Shown here: piece after piece, positions 49,001-58,194 of the stretch | Position numbering within the stretch: the stretch's first letter is position 1 | Layout of the letters: each line of letters opens with the position of its first letter | Assembly: GCA_963794325.1 (NCBI GenBank) | Contig: CAWCDG010000003.1 | Coordinates: 1 to 64,000 of the forward strand | Source of the DNA: an uncultured delta proteobacterium | GTDB lineage: Bacteria > Desulfobacterota > Binatia > Binatales > Binataceae | Direction: 5' to 3' | Length of the DNA: 64,000 nucleotides | The notes under the pieces: generated by a model | The model's database searches: none | Seen by the model: the letters and a program-made list of their open reading frames with translations, nothing else | What the model was told of the DNA's origin: nothing | Position numbers and translations under genes: made by a program

Positions 49001-49398
49001 TGGTCTTCGAGTTCCTCGTTAAGTTCGCGCAGCTTGCGTTTGTATGCCTGCTTCGCTTGCGCGTCGAGCATCGGGCCGGAATCGCCGAGTCCGCCTACGC
49101 TGTGGGCACCCTCAATTCGTAGTGAAGTCCCATGATCGATCTGACTGTGGCTCATCGATTCTCGATCGTTCATCAGATCGAGTGAATGGAATTCCTCGCC
49201 CGGGTGCTGCAGCAAGCGCTGGATATAACTGAGACCCTTAACGTCCCTGAGCGAGAAGGTCGTGTCCCTGTAGCCGAGGGTCCAAAAGTCACCGCACGAA
49301 ACAAAAGTGCCAGTCGCCGCCGCTGCAATTCCGGGAGATTCCACTCCCCGTACACGGTCCTCTGACTCTCTCTCAATCGTCGCCAAAGAAACCCCCAA
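46063..49398 (-). CDS. STAND-type AAA ATPase/TPR regulator with an N-terminal putative DNA-binding domain
   Basis: FVGRE, GQPGVGKT, LEDLQWAD, GNPFF, FSHELIR, helical repeats. Confidence 0.85.
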   Translation of the reverse strand: MGVSLATIERESEDRVRGVESPGIAAAATGTFVSCGDFWTLGYRDTTFSLRDVKGLSYIQRLLQHPGEEFHSLDLMNDRESMSHSQIDHGTSLRIEGAHSVGGLGDSGPMLDAQAKQAYKRKLRELNEELEDQHERGDLARAERIESEIDFLNREMARAVGMGGRDRRAGSAAERARLNVTRAIKTALQKISEQQTELGAMLDRSVRTGLFCCYITDPHAPISWQFSLEGIKNTVEADEMTAPLLLRSETDFLRELEDQTRFVGREEERAAMRRSLEGIRRGQGRALMIGGQPGVGKTRIAKEFGAEAAQRGFLTLAGGCYDREDSVPFCPFVEILETLAQAASPVSFRAALGHDAAELARLVPQLRRMFPDIPKPLELPPDQSRESRRLLFNAFREFLARNASERPVFLLLEDLQWADEGTLSLLNHVSRSLGEMPVVIVGTYRDDEVEGGGPLAQTLDQLTRLHLSERIGLRGLPRDAVAEMIQALSGHEPPPALVTLIHSNTEGNPFFVEELYRHLAERDQLTDSNGEFLRDLKLADVDVPHSLRLAIGRRLARLGGETQKILGTAAVIGRSFTFDLLEAATGVDPDLLLDRVEEVEKAGLISSTLQFPEARFQFSHELIRKAVLADMSAPRRQRSHLQIAEAIERVYPGALEERVNDLAHHLHQAGVVADSAKTVRLLSMAARRARLQGALTETGDLYRDALQVLKRMADTRERDQLELGLQLSVGAVLMATRGYADARTAAAYRRASDLGERLGDPTQVVLALTGLVTPPLLRGELDAAKAIADQALAASQRHGKSKTQIWGHHIAGVVQYHRGQFESAWDLLGQAHSEYQEEEHSKNPHDPGILVLEYMALTAWQLGMADTARRRMREALSLSDRLQKPFGLARCGFYAAYLHALMRDPGPALEFSEKSIKWSTEYSIQLYLDASRIVYGWAIAKQERGAEGVACLRAAIESFKAADNRLGMATYLGFLAEALLCAGLPEEAIATVEQGLNLALQEPMNFSYLWWLRGELLLKNAGPEGIVQILRLDKSSLDEAEKSFRTALSLAIDIGAKPYAIRSATSLGRLLLARGKAIEAKGIVEPLLKSVTEGLDTRDIVDARQLVTDLS

Positions 49399-49774
49399 AA
49401 GAAAAGCAACGCGCCGCAGGTTTCGGCTGCGGTTCCGTTCCTTCGATCCGCGTCCAATCGCTCAGCCATTTCGAGATTGCGTTTGTGACCCGAAGGTAGC
49501 ACTCAGACAAACTAGTGTAAATCCACTGGAACTCGATTGAACTCGTTTGAGCTGACCTGCGCTTAGTCATCGCCGAGGGTCCGTATGAGCCACTGTCGCG
49601 ACACTGGGAGCTACGTGCGAGCTGTTAGCCACCCGTCCCACGGGATCGCACTAGTTCGCACAACATCAACCTGATCGGCAGCGGGTAGGTAATGGACCCA
49701 CATCGATGACGAAGCCGCCGGAGGATATGATCGCTCCGGCGGCTCAGTTCTACAAAGCTTCGGTCTGGATACGA

Positions 49775-50284
49775 CTAGCGCTCGGCAACAGTCTCTGACA
49801 GGAACCAGGTGCGGCGCTCGGTCTCGTCGATCCAGTTCTCGATAAGGCTGGCGGTGGCGACGTCGTCGAACTGCTCGCAAATTTTATGGGTGGATCGTAG
49901 CTCCCGGGTCAGCTGCTGATTGTCATCACGCAGCTCGACGAGCATGTCGTGCGGCTGGACGAATTCGGCATTGTTGTCTTTCAGACGTTGATGCTCTGCG
50001 ATGTCCTTGATCGAGTGCAGAGTCGTTGCGCCGATTTTGCGCGCGCGCTCCGCGATATCGTCGGTCATTGCGAAGATTTGTTCCGCCTGTTCATCGAGCA
50101 GCAGATGGTAGTCGCGGAAATGCTTCCCGCTAATGTGCCAGTGGAAGTTCTTGGTCTTCACGTAAAGCGTGAACACGTCGGCAAGTAATTTGCGCAGCGC
50201 TCCCGATATTTCAACCACCGCATCACCGGTCAGGTCGCTTGGTGTTTCCCAAAGAGTCTTGGTTCGAGCTGCAGAGCTTTTCAT
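49775..50284 (-). CDS. dps: DNA starvation/stationary-phase protection protein Dps
   Basis: KTKNFHWH, HLLLDEQ, DDIAER, W..ETERRTWFL. Confidence 0.93.
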   Translation of the reverse strand: MKSSAARTKTLWETPSDLTGDAVVEISGALRKLLADVFTLYVKTKNFHWHISGKHFRDYHLLLDEQAEQIFAMTDDIAERARKIGATTLHSIKDIAEHQRLKDNNAEFVQPHDMLVELRDDNQQLTRELRSTHKICEQFDDVATASLIENWIDETERRTWFLSETVAER

Positions 50285-50321
50285 TTTCTTTTCCTCGATT
50301 GATTGTTTCTCTTGAGACTGC

Positions 50322-51788
50322 TCATCGTGCCATCCGGTGCTTTGCCACCGCCTTTGCAACCTGATTGCCATACTGAGGATCAGCCTTGCGGAAATGCCCG
50401 ATCGAGCGTTCGATAATGTCCTCGCGGCTGACTTGCCCGAGGCTCGCCGCAATGTTCGCGACCAGTCTCCGCTGCTCCTCTTCGTTCATCAGCCGATAAA
50501 GATCTCCGGCCTGAACGAAGTCGTTGTCATCGCGATGATGCACCGGTGCATGATTTCCGGTGAGCCCCTCGACTTCGATTGGCGCCCACACCGGCTCGCC
50601 GGTCTGTTTGGGACCTCCGAAGCTGTTGGGCTCGTAGTTTTTCTCGCGCCCATGATTGCCATCCGCGCGCATAGAGCCGTCACGGCTGTAATTGTTCACG
50701 TGAGCTGCATGCGGCTCGTTGATCGGCAGATGCATGTGATTTGCGCCGAGGCGGTAGCGATGCGTATCGCCGTAGCTGAACAGGCGGCCTTGCAACATCT
50801 TGTCGGGGGAGGGACCGATGCCCGGCACGAAGTGCGCGGGATTGAAGGCCGCCTGTTCAACTTCGGCGAAATAGTTTTCCGGATTGCGATTTAACACGAT
50901 TCTGCCGACCGTAGTCAGCGGGTAGTCGCGATGCGACCAGACCTTGGTCACATCAAACGGATTGAAGCGGTACTTTGCCGCGTCGGCCGCCGGCATGACC
51001 TGCATCTTTAGCGTCCACGACGGATACTCGGCGCGATCGATCGCGCGCAGCAGATCGCGCTGATGATAGTCGGCGTCGTGGCCCGCGATGCGCGCCGCAT
51101 CGGCGGCGACGAGATTCCTGATCCCCTGGTCGGTCTTGAAGTGATACTTCACCCAGAACACTTCGCCTCGCACATTGACCCACTGAAAAGTATGCGAGCC
51201 GAAGCCGTCCATCGCGCGAAAGCTGGCGGGAATGCCCCTGTCGCTGAACAGAATCGTGAACTGATGCGTCGCTTCGGGACTAAGCGAGAAGAAATCCCAC
51301 ACGTTGTCAGGTTCCTGGATGTTGGTGTATGCGTCGCGCTTCTGCGAATGGATGAAGTCGGGAAACTTCAGCGGATCGCGGATAAAGAACACCGGCGTAT
51401 TGTTGCCGACCAGGTCGTAGTTGCCATCCTCGGTGTAAAACTTGATCGCGAATCCACGCGGGTCGCGCACCGTGTCGGCCGAGCCCTTCTCGCCGGCGAC
51501 GGTTGAGAAGCGCATGAAAACGTCGGTTCGCTTTCCGACCGGCGTTAGAAATTTGGCTTTCGTCCACTGCGTCACGTTGGCCAGTACTTCGAAGTATCCG
51601 TATGCGCCCGAACCTTTGGCGTGCACCACGCGCTCGGGAATTCGCTCGCGGTCGAAATGCGCGAGTTTCTCGATCAGGTGATGGTCCTCGACAAGGACCG
51701 GCCCGGCCGAACCCGCAGTCCGCGAGTTCTGATTATCGGCAACGGGCGCCCCATTATCGGTTGTCAGTGTCTTTCTGGAATCCATCAC
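50322..51788 (-). CDS. katA: Monofunctional small-subunit heme catalase
   Basis: [33 protein letters not shown]. Confidence 0.95.
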   Translation of the reverse strand: MMDSRKTLTTDNGAPVADNQNSRTAGSAGPVLVEDHHLIEKLAHFDRERIPERVVHAKGSGAYGYFEVLANVTQWTKAKFLTPVGKRTDVFMRFSTVAGEKGSADTVRDPRGFAIKFYTEDGNYDLVGNNTPVFFIRDPLKFPDFIHSQKRDAYTNIQEPDNVWDFFSLSPEATHQFTILFSDRGIPASFRAMDGFGSHTFQWVNVRGEVFWVKYHFKTDQGIRNLVAADAARIAGHDADYHQRDLLRAIDRAEYPSWTLKMQVMPAADAAKYRFNPFDVTKVWSHRDYPLTTVGRIVLNRNPENYFAEVEQAAFNPAHFVPGIGPSPDKMLQGRLFSYGDTHRYRLGANHMHLPINEPHAAHVNNYSRDGSMRADGNHGREKNYEPNSFGGPKQTGEPVWAPIEVEGLTGNHAPVHHRDDNDFVQAGDLYRLMNEEEQRRLVANIAASLGQVSREDIIERSIGHFRKADPQYGNQVAKAVAKHRMAR

Positions 51789-51819
51789 TCTCTCCGCTCA
51801 ATTTGCGGCAATCCATAAC

Positions 51820-51838
51820 GCGTGAAATCGCGCCGCAC
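51820..51838. promoter_or_regulatory. Conserved motif GCGTGA-N8-CGCAC, copy 1 (upstream of catalase)
   Basis: GCGTGA AATCGCGC CGCAC. Confidence 0.6.
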
Positions 51839-51906
51839 AAAGTCCGGGAGGTGGCGGGAGGCCCGAACCTTCTCCGCCGGCTCCCTGGGGTTCGTCCTTT
51901 TGCCAG

Positions 51907-52212
51907 TTACCAGACCCGGACCGGTTGAAGCGCGTCGTCAACCTGGTTCTGCGAGACCTGCTGCCCAGTCTTCATGCGCTCGACCAACTGATCGATTTGG
52001 TAGCTCTTCTGCGCAAAGGCGGGGTTGTCCTTGTTGCCTGTGCGGGCTTCGCGCTGCGCAGCTTCCGAGGCTTGCTGCAAGTCGGCAATCGTCTGCACGT
52101 CGGGCTGAGCGGTCGGGTAACTTCTCGAAATTCCGACGGGTCCCGCGAGAACCGGCGTCGAGAGCGCCAACGCCATCGTTCCTGCGGCTAAAATCGCTGA
52201 TAGTTTTTTCAT
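51907..52212 (-). CDS. Small secreted hypothetical protein
   Basis: AGGAG RBS; signal peptide MKKLSAILAAGTMALALSTPVLA. Confidence 0.75.
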   Translation of the reverse strand: MKKLSAILAAGTMALALSTPVLAGPVGISRSYPTAQPDVQTIADLQQASEAAQREARTGNKDNPAFAQKSYQIDQLVERMKTGQQVSQNQVDDALQPVRVW

Positions 52213-52294
52213 CTGACTCAATCTCCTTTTCAATTTTGCAACCGGATGCGGAAGCTTTCGCTTCCCACCTCATATTCGGCCTTCTGACATAAAG

Positions 52295-52313
52295 GCGTGA
52301 AAAATGGGCGCAC
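52295..52313. promoter_or_regulatory. Conserved motif GCGTGA-N8-CGCAC, copy 2
   Basis: GCGTGA AAAATGGG CGCAC. Confidence 0.65.
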
Positions 52314-52402
52314 AATGGAATTAGGCTCTATCCGGCGCAGGTGGTACGATTTTACAAACGCGCGGTTCGCCAGAAATTGGTCGAATCGTCCAGAGAACTC
52401 AC

Positions 52403-55400
52403 ATGGCACCTGATACGCGGAGCGCTCGATCGGCCGCGGCTGGAACGGGCGGGTCGGTGCAAAAAATCCATCCGGCGCAAAAGGGCATCTTTCGCAAAGA
52501 GGGTGAGTACTGGACTGTCGGTTACGGCGGGAAGTCCTTCCGTCTAAAAGACACTAAAGGTCTCGGGTACCTCGCCCATCTGCTGCGTCATCCCGCGGTC
52601 GAATTCCACGTGCTCGATCTGGTCGGCGGAATTGCGGGCCGGCATGACGAGGACGACAGCATCGGATCGGCGCACGGCTTGCCGCGCGGAGACGAGGATC
52701 TCGAAAAGGCCGGCATCCATATCGGCAGCCTCGGCGATGCGGGCGAGATGCTCGACGATCAAGCCAAGGTCGAATACAGACGCCGGCTTTCCGAATTGCG
52801 CGAAGAGCTCGAAGAAGCCAAGGAAGCGGGAAACGTCGAACGCGCCGAGCAGGCGGAAGAAGAGATCGAGGCGCTGACCAGGGAACTGTCGCGCGCAGTG
52901 GGACTGGGAGGACGTAATCGCAGGGCGGCGTCAGCTTCGGAGCGAGCCCGACAGAGCGTCACCAAGACGATCAAGGCGGTCCTGGAAAGAATCGAGCAGA
53001 GCGACGCGGCGCTCGGCGAGCTCCTATCGCGATCTATAACGACGGGCACCTACTGCTCCTACCAGCCCAATCCCGATTTTCCGATCGCATGGGAATTCGG
53101 TGCGGAAACTACGCCGCCTGACCCGGAGCCGGTTTCGAGTGTCGAGCCCGCGCCTTCGCGTATCGATCGTCCGCGGCCCTCGTCGCCGGTGTTACAGGTT
53201 TCGCCGTTCTCGCTCGCCGAACGGACTGCTTTCGTGGGGCGGGAAGCCGAGCGCAATCTGATTCGCACGGTGATCGATCGCGCGCTCGACGGCCACGGCT
53301 CAGTTGTGATGCTCGGAGGCGGACCCGGCGTGGGCAAGAGCCGCCTGGCGATGGAGATGGCCGAGTATGCGTCGCGAGTTGGCTTTCAATACCTCGTTGG
53401 GCATTGCTACGAACGAGACGAGCCTTTTCCATATCTACCTATCGTCGAGATTATCGAAAGCGGCCTGTCGCTGACGCCGAGCCTGGAGGAATACCGTCGG
53501 CGGATGGGCGACAACGCGCCCGAGCTTGCCCAGATCGCTCCCAGCCTTCGGCGAGTTTTTCCGGATATCCCGCCTCCGTTGGATCTGCCGCCCGCGCAGA
53601 AACGCCGCTATCTCTTTCAGAGCATCTCGGAGGGCCTGGCGCGCGCGTCTCGAACCCGTTCGTACGTGTACGTCATCGAGGATCTTCACTGGGCTGACGA
53701 ATCGACCTTGGCGCTTCTGATTCATCTGGCCAATCGCGTCGCTCAGCTCCCGATTGTGATCATCGGTACTTATCGCGACGGATATGCGGATCGGAACTCG
53801 ATGTTGGTCAGAACCCTCGAAGAGCTGATTCGGATGGGCAATCGTCCGCTGAAGCTGAGCGGTCTATCAAGCGAAGCCGTCGGACAGATGTTGCAGTCTC
53901 TCAGCCGGGGACAAGCTCCCCAAAGTCTGGTGAGCCTCATCTTTGAAGAGAGCCAGGGCTATCCTTTCTTCGTCGAGGAGGTGTACCGGCATCTGGTCGA
54001 AGAGGGGAAAGTTTTTGACGAGGCTGGCCAGTTCCGCACAGCGATCAAGATCGACGAGATCGACGTTCCGGAAAACGTGCGCTTGATCATCGGCCGCCGC
54101 CTCGAGCGGTTCGACGAGAACGAAAAGCGGGTGCTGGCCGCAGCAGCGATGATCGGGCGCGGCTTCAGTTTCCGACTCCTGACTCAGGTCAGCCAGATCG
54201 ACGTTGACGAACTCTTCACCGTCGTCGATAAGGCGCAGCAGATGGGAATCATCGTCGCCAGCTCCGAGGGACCCGAGAAACCGTTCACCTTCGCTCATCA
54301 ACTGGTGCGTCAGACGTTGCTGGCCGGTCTGTCGGTTCCGCGCAAACAACAAATGCACGCAGCGGTGGCCGATGCGATCGAGCTGGTCTTTCCCCGTTTC
54401 ATCAATGAGCGCGCCGGCGAGATCACTGACCATCTGCTCAAGGCAGGATCGTTCGCGGACGGCCGGAGATTGGTGCGTTACCTGATGCTGGCGGGCAAGA
54501 ACGCACTCGAAGCTGCTGCATTCGAGGAAGCGCGGCGCAGTTTTCGGTCGGCGCTGTCGTATGAAGGTGCGCTTGAGCAGCGGGAAAAAGCGGAGTTGTT
54601 GGCGAGCCTCGCGATTGCCGATCTAAGTCTTGAGCATTGGGACGCTGCGCTCACCAGTCTTCGCGAGGCACTCGAAATTTACACCAATCTCGGCGACCGG
54701 CAGATGATCGGCAAGAGCTTTGCCGAGTTGGCCGATGCATTTGTTTGGGTTGGCCGCTTCCGGGACGCGAGCGAAACCGCGCGTCGCGGACTCGACTACC
54801 TCGGCCAGGACGTCAGCGCCAACCGGCTGAACCTTCTCGCTGCGCTTGGCCACGCTAGCGCGGCGTCCGCGGGCCACGAAAAGGCTTGTGAGGCGCTGCG
54901 GGAAGCCCTGGATATTGCATCCAACCTTTCCGATCCAAAGCTTGAGGCCAGGGTGCTCGGCGCTCGGTGTATAGTAAATCTGCATTTCTTCCGATTGAAG
55001 GAAGCCGCCGCCGATGGACTTCTTAGCGAAAAGCTGGCTGGAGCGGAAGCGCCTCCGTGGCAGCGCGCCACGCAACTGCGAGTTCTACATCAGGCACTGT
55101 TAACTCTGGGGCGTTTGGACGAGGCTCTCAGAATAGCGGCAGTACTTGAGCCGCTGGCGACCAAGATAGGGCAAGCTTATTCCATCGCGCTTTGCCTGAG
55201 CACCCGAACCTGGCTCGAATTTGTCAGAGAGCCCAACCTGACCAAGCTCGATGCCGGCTTCCAGGAAGTGGCGAAGTCCGATGCGAAGGTGAGGTTTCCC
55301 TTTTGGGAAGTACTCTCCGAGGTACAACTAAGTGCGTTGGACTTTGTTCGCGGCGATTGGCCAAGCGCTCTAGCGCATGCTCGCAACGCTTCACGTATCG

Positions 55401-55963
55401 ATCCGCAAATGAGTTCAATCCAGGGCTTCGGTGAGGGAACTCTTTTTCGGCAGATGGCATATGCCGGCGATCGCGACGGTGCATTGGCATTGCTTGAAAA
55501 CCATCGCACCTCGCTGCCGGTCAGCGGCCGGGAGAATACCAGAGGATCGTGGTGGATGCTGGCGCTGGTGGTCGAGGGCCTTTTCATGCTCGGAGAGCAT
55601 GCGCAAGCCGGAGAGCTTTACCCGCTGGTTCGCGATTTGATCGACACTGGAGCAGTCGTAGTTTGGCCGATCCCACGCTACACCCAGACTGTCGCCGGCC
55701 TCGCCGCCGCTGGGGCACGTCAGTGGGAAGCCGCCGAAAAACATTTTCAGGTCGCGATGCGGCAGGCCGATTTCTTTCCGGATCGCCCCGAACAAGCTGA
55801 GATACACCGCTTCCACGCGATGATGCTCAGGGACCGCGCAGGCCGAGGCGATCGCGAAAAAGCGCAAACACTACTCAATGAGGCGCTCGAGACCTACACG
55901 CATATCGGGATGCCGCGCCACATCGAGATGATCCAGGCTCTCGCTAAACACCTGTCCGGGTGA
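52403..55963 (+). CDS. STAND-type AAA ATPase/TPR regulator, paralog of 46063-49398
   Basis: FVGRE, GGPGVGKS, IEDLHWAD, GYPFF, FAHQLVR; same N-terminal domain. Confidence 0.88.
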   Translation: MAPDTRSARSAAAGTGGSVQKIHPAQKGIFRKEGEYWTVGYGGKSFRLKDTKGLGYLAHLLRHPAVEFHVLDLVGGIAGRHDEDDSIGSAHGLPRGDEDLEKAGIHIGSLGDAGEMLDDQAKVEYRRRLSELREELEEAKEAGNVERAEQAEEEIEALTRELSRAVGLGGRNRRAASASERARQSVTKTIKAVLERIEQSDAALGELLSRSITTGTYCSYQPNPDFPIAWEFGAETTPPDPEPVSSVEPAPSRIDRPRPSSPVLQVSPFSLAERTAFVGREAERNLIRTVIDRALDGHGSVVMLGGGPGVGKSRLAMEMAEYASRVGFQYLVGHCYERDEPFPYLPIVEIIESGLSLTPSLEEYRRRMGDNAPELAQIAPSLRRVFPDIPPPLDLPPAQKRRYLFQSISEGLARASRTRSYVYVIEDLHWADESTLALLIHLANRVAQLPIVIIGTYRDGYADRNSMLVRTLEELIRMGNRPLKLSGLSSEAVGQMLQSLSRGQAPQSLVSLIFEESQGYPFFVEEVYRHLVEEGKVFDEAGQFRTAIKIDEIDVPENVRLIIGRRLERFDENEKRVLAAAAMIGRGFSFRLLTQVSQIDVDELFTVVDKAQQMGIIVASSEGPEKPFTFAHQLVRQTLLAGLSVPRKQQMHAAVADAIELVFPRFINERAGEITDHLLKAGSFADGRRLVRYLMLAGKNALEAAAFEEARRSFRSALSYEGALEQREKAELLASLAIADLSLEHWDAALTSLREALEIYTNLGDRQMIGKSFAELADAFVWVGRFRDASETARRGLDYLGQDVSANRLNLLAALGHASAASAGHEKACEALREALDIASNLSDPKLEARVLGARCIVNLHFFRLKEAAADGLLSEKLAGAEAPPWQRATQLRVLHQALLTLGRLDEALRIAAVLEPLATKIGQAYSIALCLSTRTWLEFVREPNLTKLDAGFQEVAKSDAKVRFPFWEVLSEVQLSALDFVRGDWPSALAHARNASRIDPQMSSIQGFGEGTLFRQMAYAGDRDGALALLENHRTSLPVSGRENTRGSWWMLALVVEGLFMLGEHAQAGELYPLVRDLIDTGAVVVWPIPRYTQTVAGLAAAGARQWEAAEKHFQVAMRQADFFPDRPEQAEIHRFHAMMLRDRAGRGDREKAQTLLNEALETYTHIGMPRHIEMIQALAKHLSG

Positions 55964-56990
55964 TAGCGAGCCTCACGGAATTCTGATCCGTCGCATTCGA
56001 ACTGCCGCGAGATGGCGGCGCCATGAATTCCGGGCCCACGGGCTTCTTGATGGTGTCGCGGACGATCCGATCGATCGCGCGAAGCGCGCTGGTATCGAGC
56101 GTCCATCCCATCACGTCGCCGACCGGGTCGAGCTGGTTCGGATGCCGGGCGCCCCACAGCGCGGCCGACACGCCCGGCTGATCGAGTACCCATCTCAGTG
56201 CGAGGTGGATGACTCGCTTGCCGTAATTTTTCTGTGCGAATTGATCCAGCAGCCTGACCGCCTCGAGGTACTGCTCGAATCGCGGCGGCTGAAATTTCGG
56301 ATCGGTTCGCCGCAGGTCGTCGCCTTCGAATTTGGTGTCACGATTCATCCGGCCGCTAAGCAGTCCGCGGCAGATTGCGCCGTAAGCGAAAACCGCGATT
56401 CCTTCCCACGCGCAGTGGGGCAGGACATCCTTTTCGATCTGGCGCTCGAAGAGATTGTAGGGCGGCTGCGCGGTATGAATCGGAGCGACCAGCCCGAATT
56501 CATTCATCTGCGCCGACGAAAAATTGCTCACCCCGATCGCGCGGATTTTGCCTTGGTGGAGCAGGGCGGCCATCGCGTCGGCAGTCTCGCTGATCGGAGT
56601 CATCGGATCAGGCCAGTGCACCTGGTAGATGTCGATCACGTCGGTCCTGAGCCGCTTCAGCGAGGCCTCGACCTCCGCAAAGATTCGGCTACGGGTCGCA
56701 TTGCGAAACGGCTGTTCGTTGGCCCAGTCGAGTCCGACCTTGGTGGCTATCGTTACGCGATTTCTCATACCGCCCAACTCGATCGCTTTTCCGACAATCT
56801 CTTCTGACCTGCCAAAACCGTACACCGGCGCGGTGTCGATCAGCGTGATTCCGCGATCGACCGCCGAATGGATCGTGCGGATCGATTCCGCTTCATCCGT
56901 GCCGCCCCACATCCATCCGCCCATTGCCCACGTGCCAAGACCGATGCGCGAAAACTGGAGATCCGCGTTTGGGATTCTGATGGTTTCCAT
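55944..56990 (-). CDS. Aldo/keto reductase (YhdN/general-stress-like)
   Basis: GLGTWAMGG, DTAPVYG, ATK, YQVHWPD, GVSNF. Confidence 0.93.
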   Translation of the reverse strand: METIRIPNADLQFSRIGLGTWAMGGWMWGGTDEAESIRTIHSAVDRGITLIDTAPVYGFGRSEEIVGKAIELGGMRNRVTIATKVGLDWANEQPFRNATRSRIFAEVEASLKRLRTDVIDIYQVHWPDPMTPISETADAMAALLHQGKIRAIGVSNFSSAQMNEFGLVAPIHTAQPPYNLFERQIEKDVLPHCAWEGIAVFAYGAICRGLLSGRMNRDTKFEGDDLRRTDPKFQPPRFEQYLEAVRLLDQFAQKNYGKRVIHLALRWVLDQPGVSAALWGARHPNQLDPVGDVMGWTLDTSALRAIDRIVRDTIKKPVGPEFMAPPSRGSSNATDQNSVRLAITRTGV

Positions 56991-57001
56991 TTTTTCTCCT
57001 T

Positions 57002-58192
57002 TCACGATTTACTTGGACTGTTCTCGACTGGTTGAACTGGTTCGCCGTCGCGTGCGGCCTCCCCGACGTTCACCGCGATCTGATCGCCCGCGCGAAGGTC
57101 GCCATTGACTTCGACCGTGTAACCGTCGTCATGGCCGAGCGTCACCTCGACCAGCTTGAGATGGTTCTCGCGCACCACCGGCAAATAGATTTTGTCATTG
57201 CGGAATACGAGCGCGTCGTCGGGCGCGGTCAGACCTGAGACCGTCACGTGTGCCGTCATCTTCATGTTCGCGTACATCCCGGGGGCCAGCGACCGATCCT
57301 TATTTGGCAGATCGACCTCGACCTGCATCGTGCGGGTGGTTTGATCGAGCGCCTCGGGATGACGCGTGACCGTGCCGGTAAAGGTGCGGCCCGGATAGTC
57401 GATGACGGTTACGCTGGCGGGATCGCCGTCTTCGATAAACGACGAAATGCTTTGCGGCACAAAAGCGTAAACCCGCAGCGGCGTCTGGCTTGACAGCGAT
57501 ACGATCGGCGTCGAGGTGCTGCTGGTGGAGTAGAAAACTGCGTTCGGCGTCGAAGAGACGGGCGCGGTGGCCGCCGGAATCAACGTGCCAGGATCGACGA
57601 AGCGCGCAGTTACGATGCCGTCGAAGGGCGCCCGCACTACCTCGTACCCTTGCATCGCTAGCTCTTGTTCGTAGGCCGCCTTGGCCTGGAGCATCGCGGA
57701 GTGAGTCATGTCGGCGGTCTGCTGCGGAACGACCTGCTGACGAACGAGTTCCTGATTGCGAATGTCGGTGACGTCTTGAATCCAATAGAACGAGCGCGCA
57801 TCCGCCACCAGCTTGTCGGTCTCAGGCGACTCGATGATTGCGATTACTTGGCCAGCCTTGACGTGGTCGCCCTTGTCCACGTTGATGGTCTTCATGTATC
57901 CGGCGACCTTGGCGTAGACCGGAGTCTCGATGTAGCCGTGGATGCTGGCCGGAAGCTCGATCGTCCGCGACGAATCGCCGCCCGACAATTGCGTCACCAG
58001 CACGTGCGGTCCGAGCGCGGCGGTCTGTGAAAGCTCCGTCGTTTGCCGTTGGATGAGTTGCTGCCGCGCCAGCACCAATCCCCCGGAGACGGTGAACGCG
58101 ATAATCACTGCCGCAAACAACGCGATCATCAGTAACCGGCCCGGCCTGCGTTGATTGTGGTTCTCTTCTGCCTGCGTATCGGTGGAACTCAT
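57002..58192 (-). CDS. RND efflux periplasmic adaptor (MFP)
   Basis: N-terminal TM; VYAKVAGY, RAPFDGIVT, TRTMQVEVDLPN; start at MSSTDT. Confidence 0.9.
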   Translation of the reverse strand: MSSTDTQAEENHNQRRPGRLLMIALFAAVIIAFTVSGGLVLARQQLIQRQTTELSQTAALGPHVLVTQLSGGDSSRTIELPASIHGYIETPVYAKVAGYMKTINVDKGDHVKAGQVIAIIESPETDKLVADARSFYWIQDVTDIRNQELVRQQVVPQQTADMTHSAMLQAKAAYEQELAMQGYEVVRAPFDGIVTARFVDPGTLIPAATAPVSSTPNAVFYSTSSTSTPIVSLSSQTPLRVYAFVPQSISSFIEDGDPASVTVIDYPGRTFTGTVTRHPEALDQTTRTMQVEVDLPNKDRSLAPGMYANMKMTAHVTVSGLTAPDDALVFRNDKIYLPVVRENHLKLVEVTLGHDDGYTVEVNGDLRAGDQIAVNVGEAARDGEPVQPVENSPSKS

Positions 58193-58194
58193 TG

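Noticed and set aside
50285-50452. N-terminal extension of Dps
   Set aside because: It overlaps the catalase 3' end in another frame; the GAGG RBS precedes ATG 50284
46063-55963. STAND proteins as Avs anti-phage systems
   Set aside because: No nuclease, TIR, SIR2 or protease effector is evident; the motifs and context fit regulatory AAA proteins
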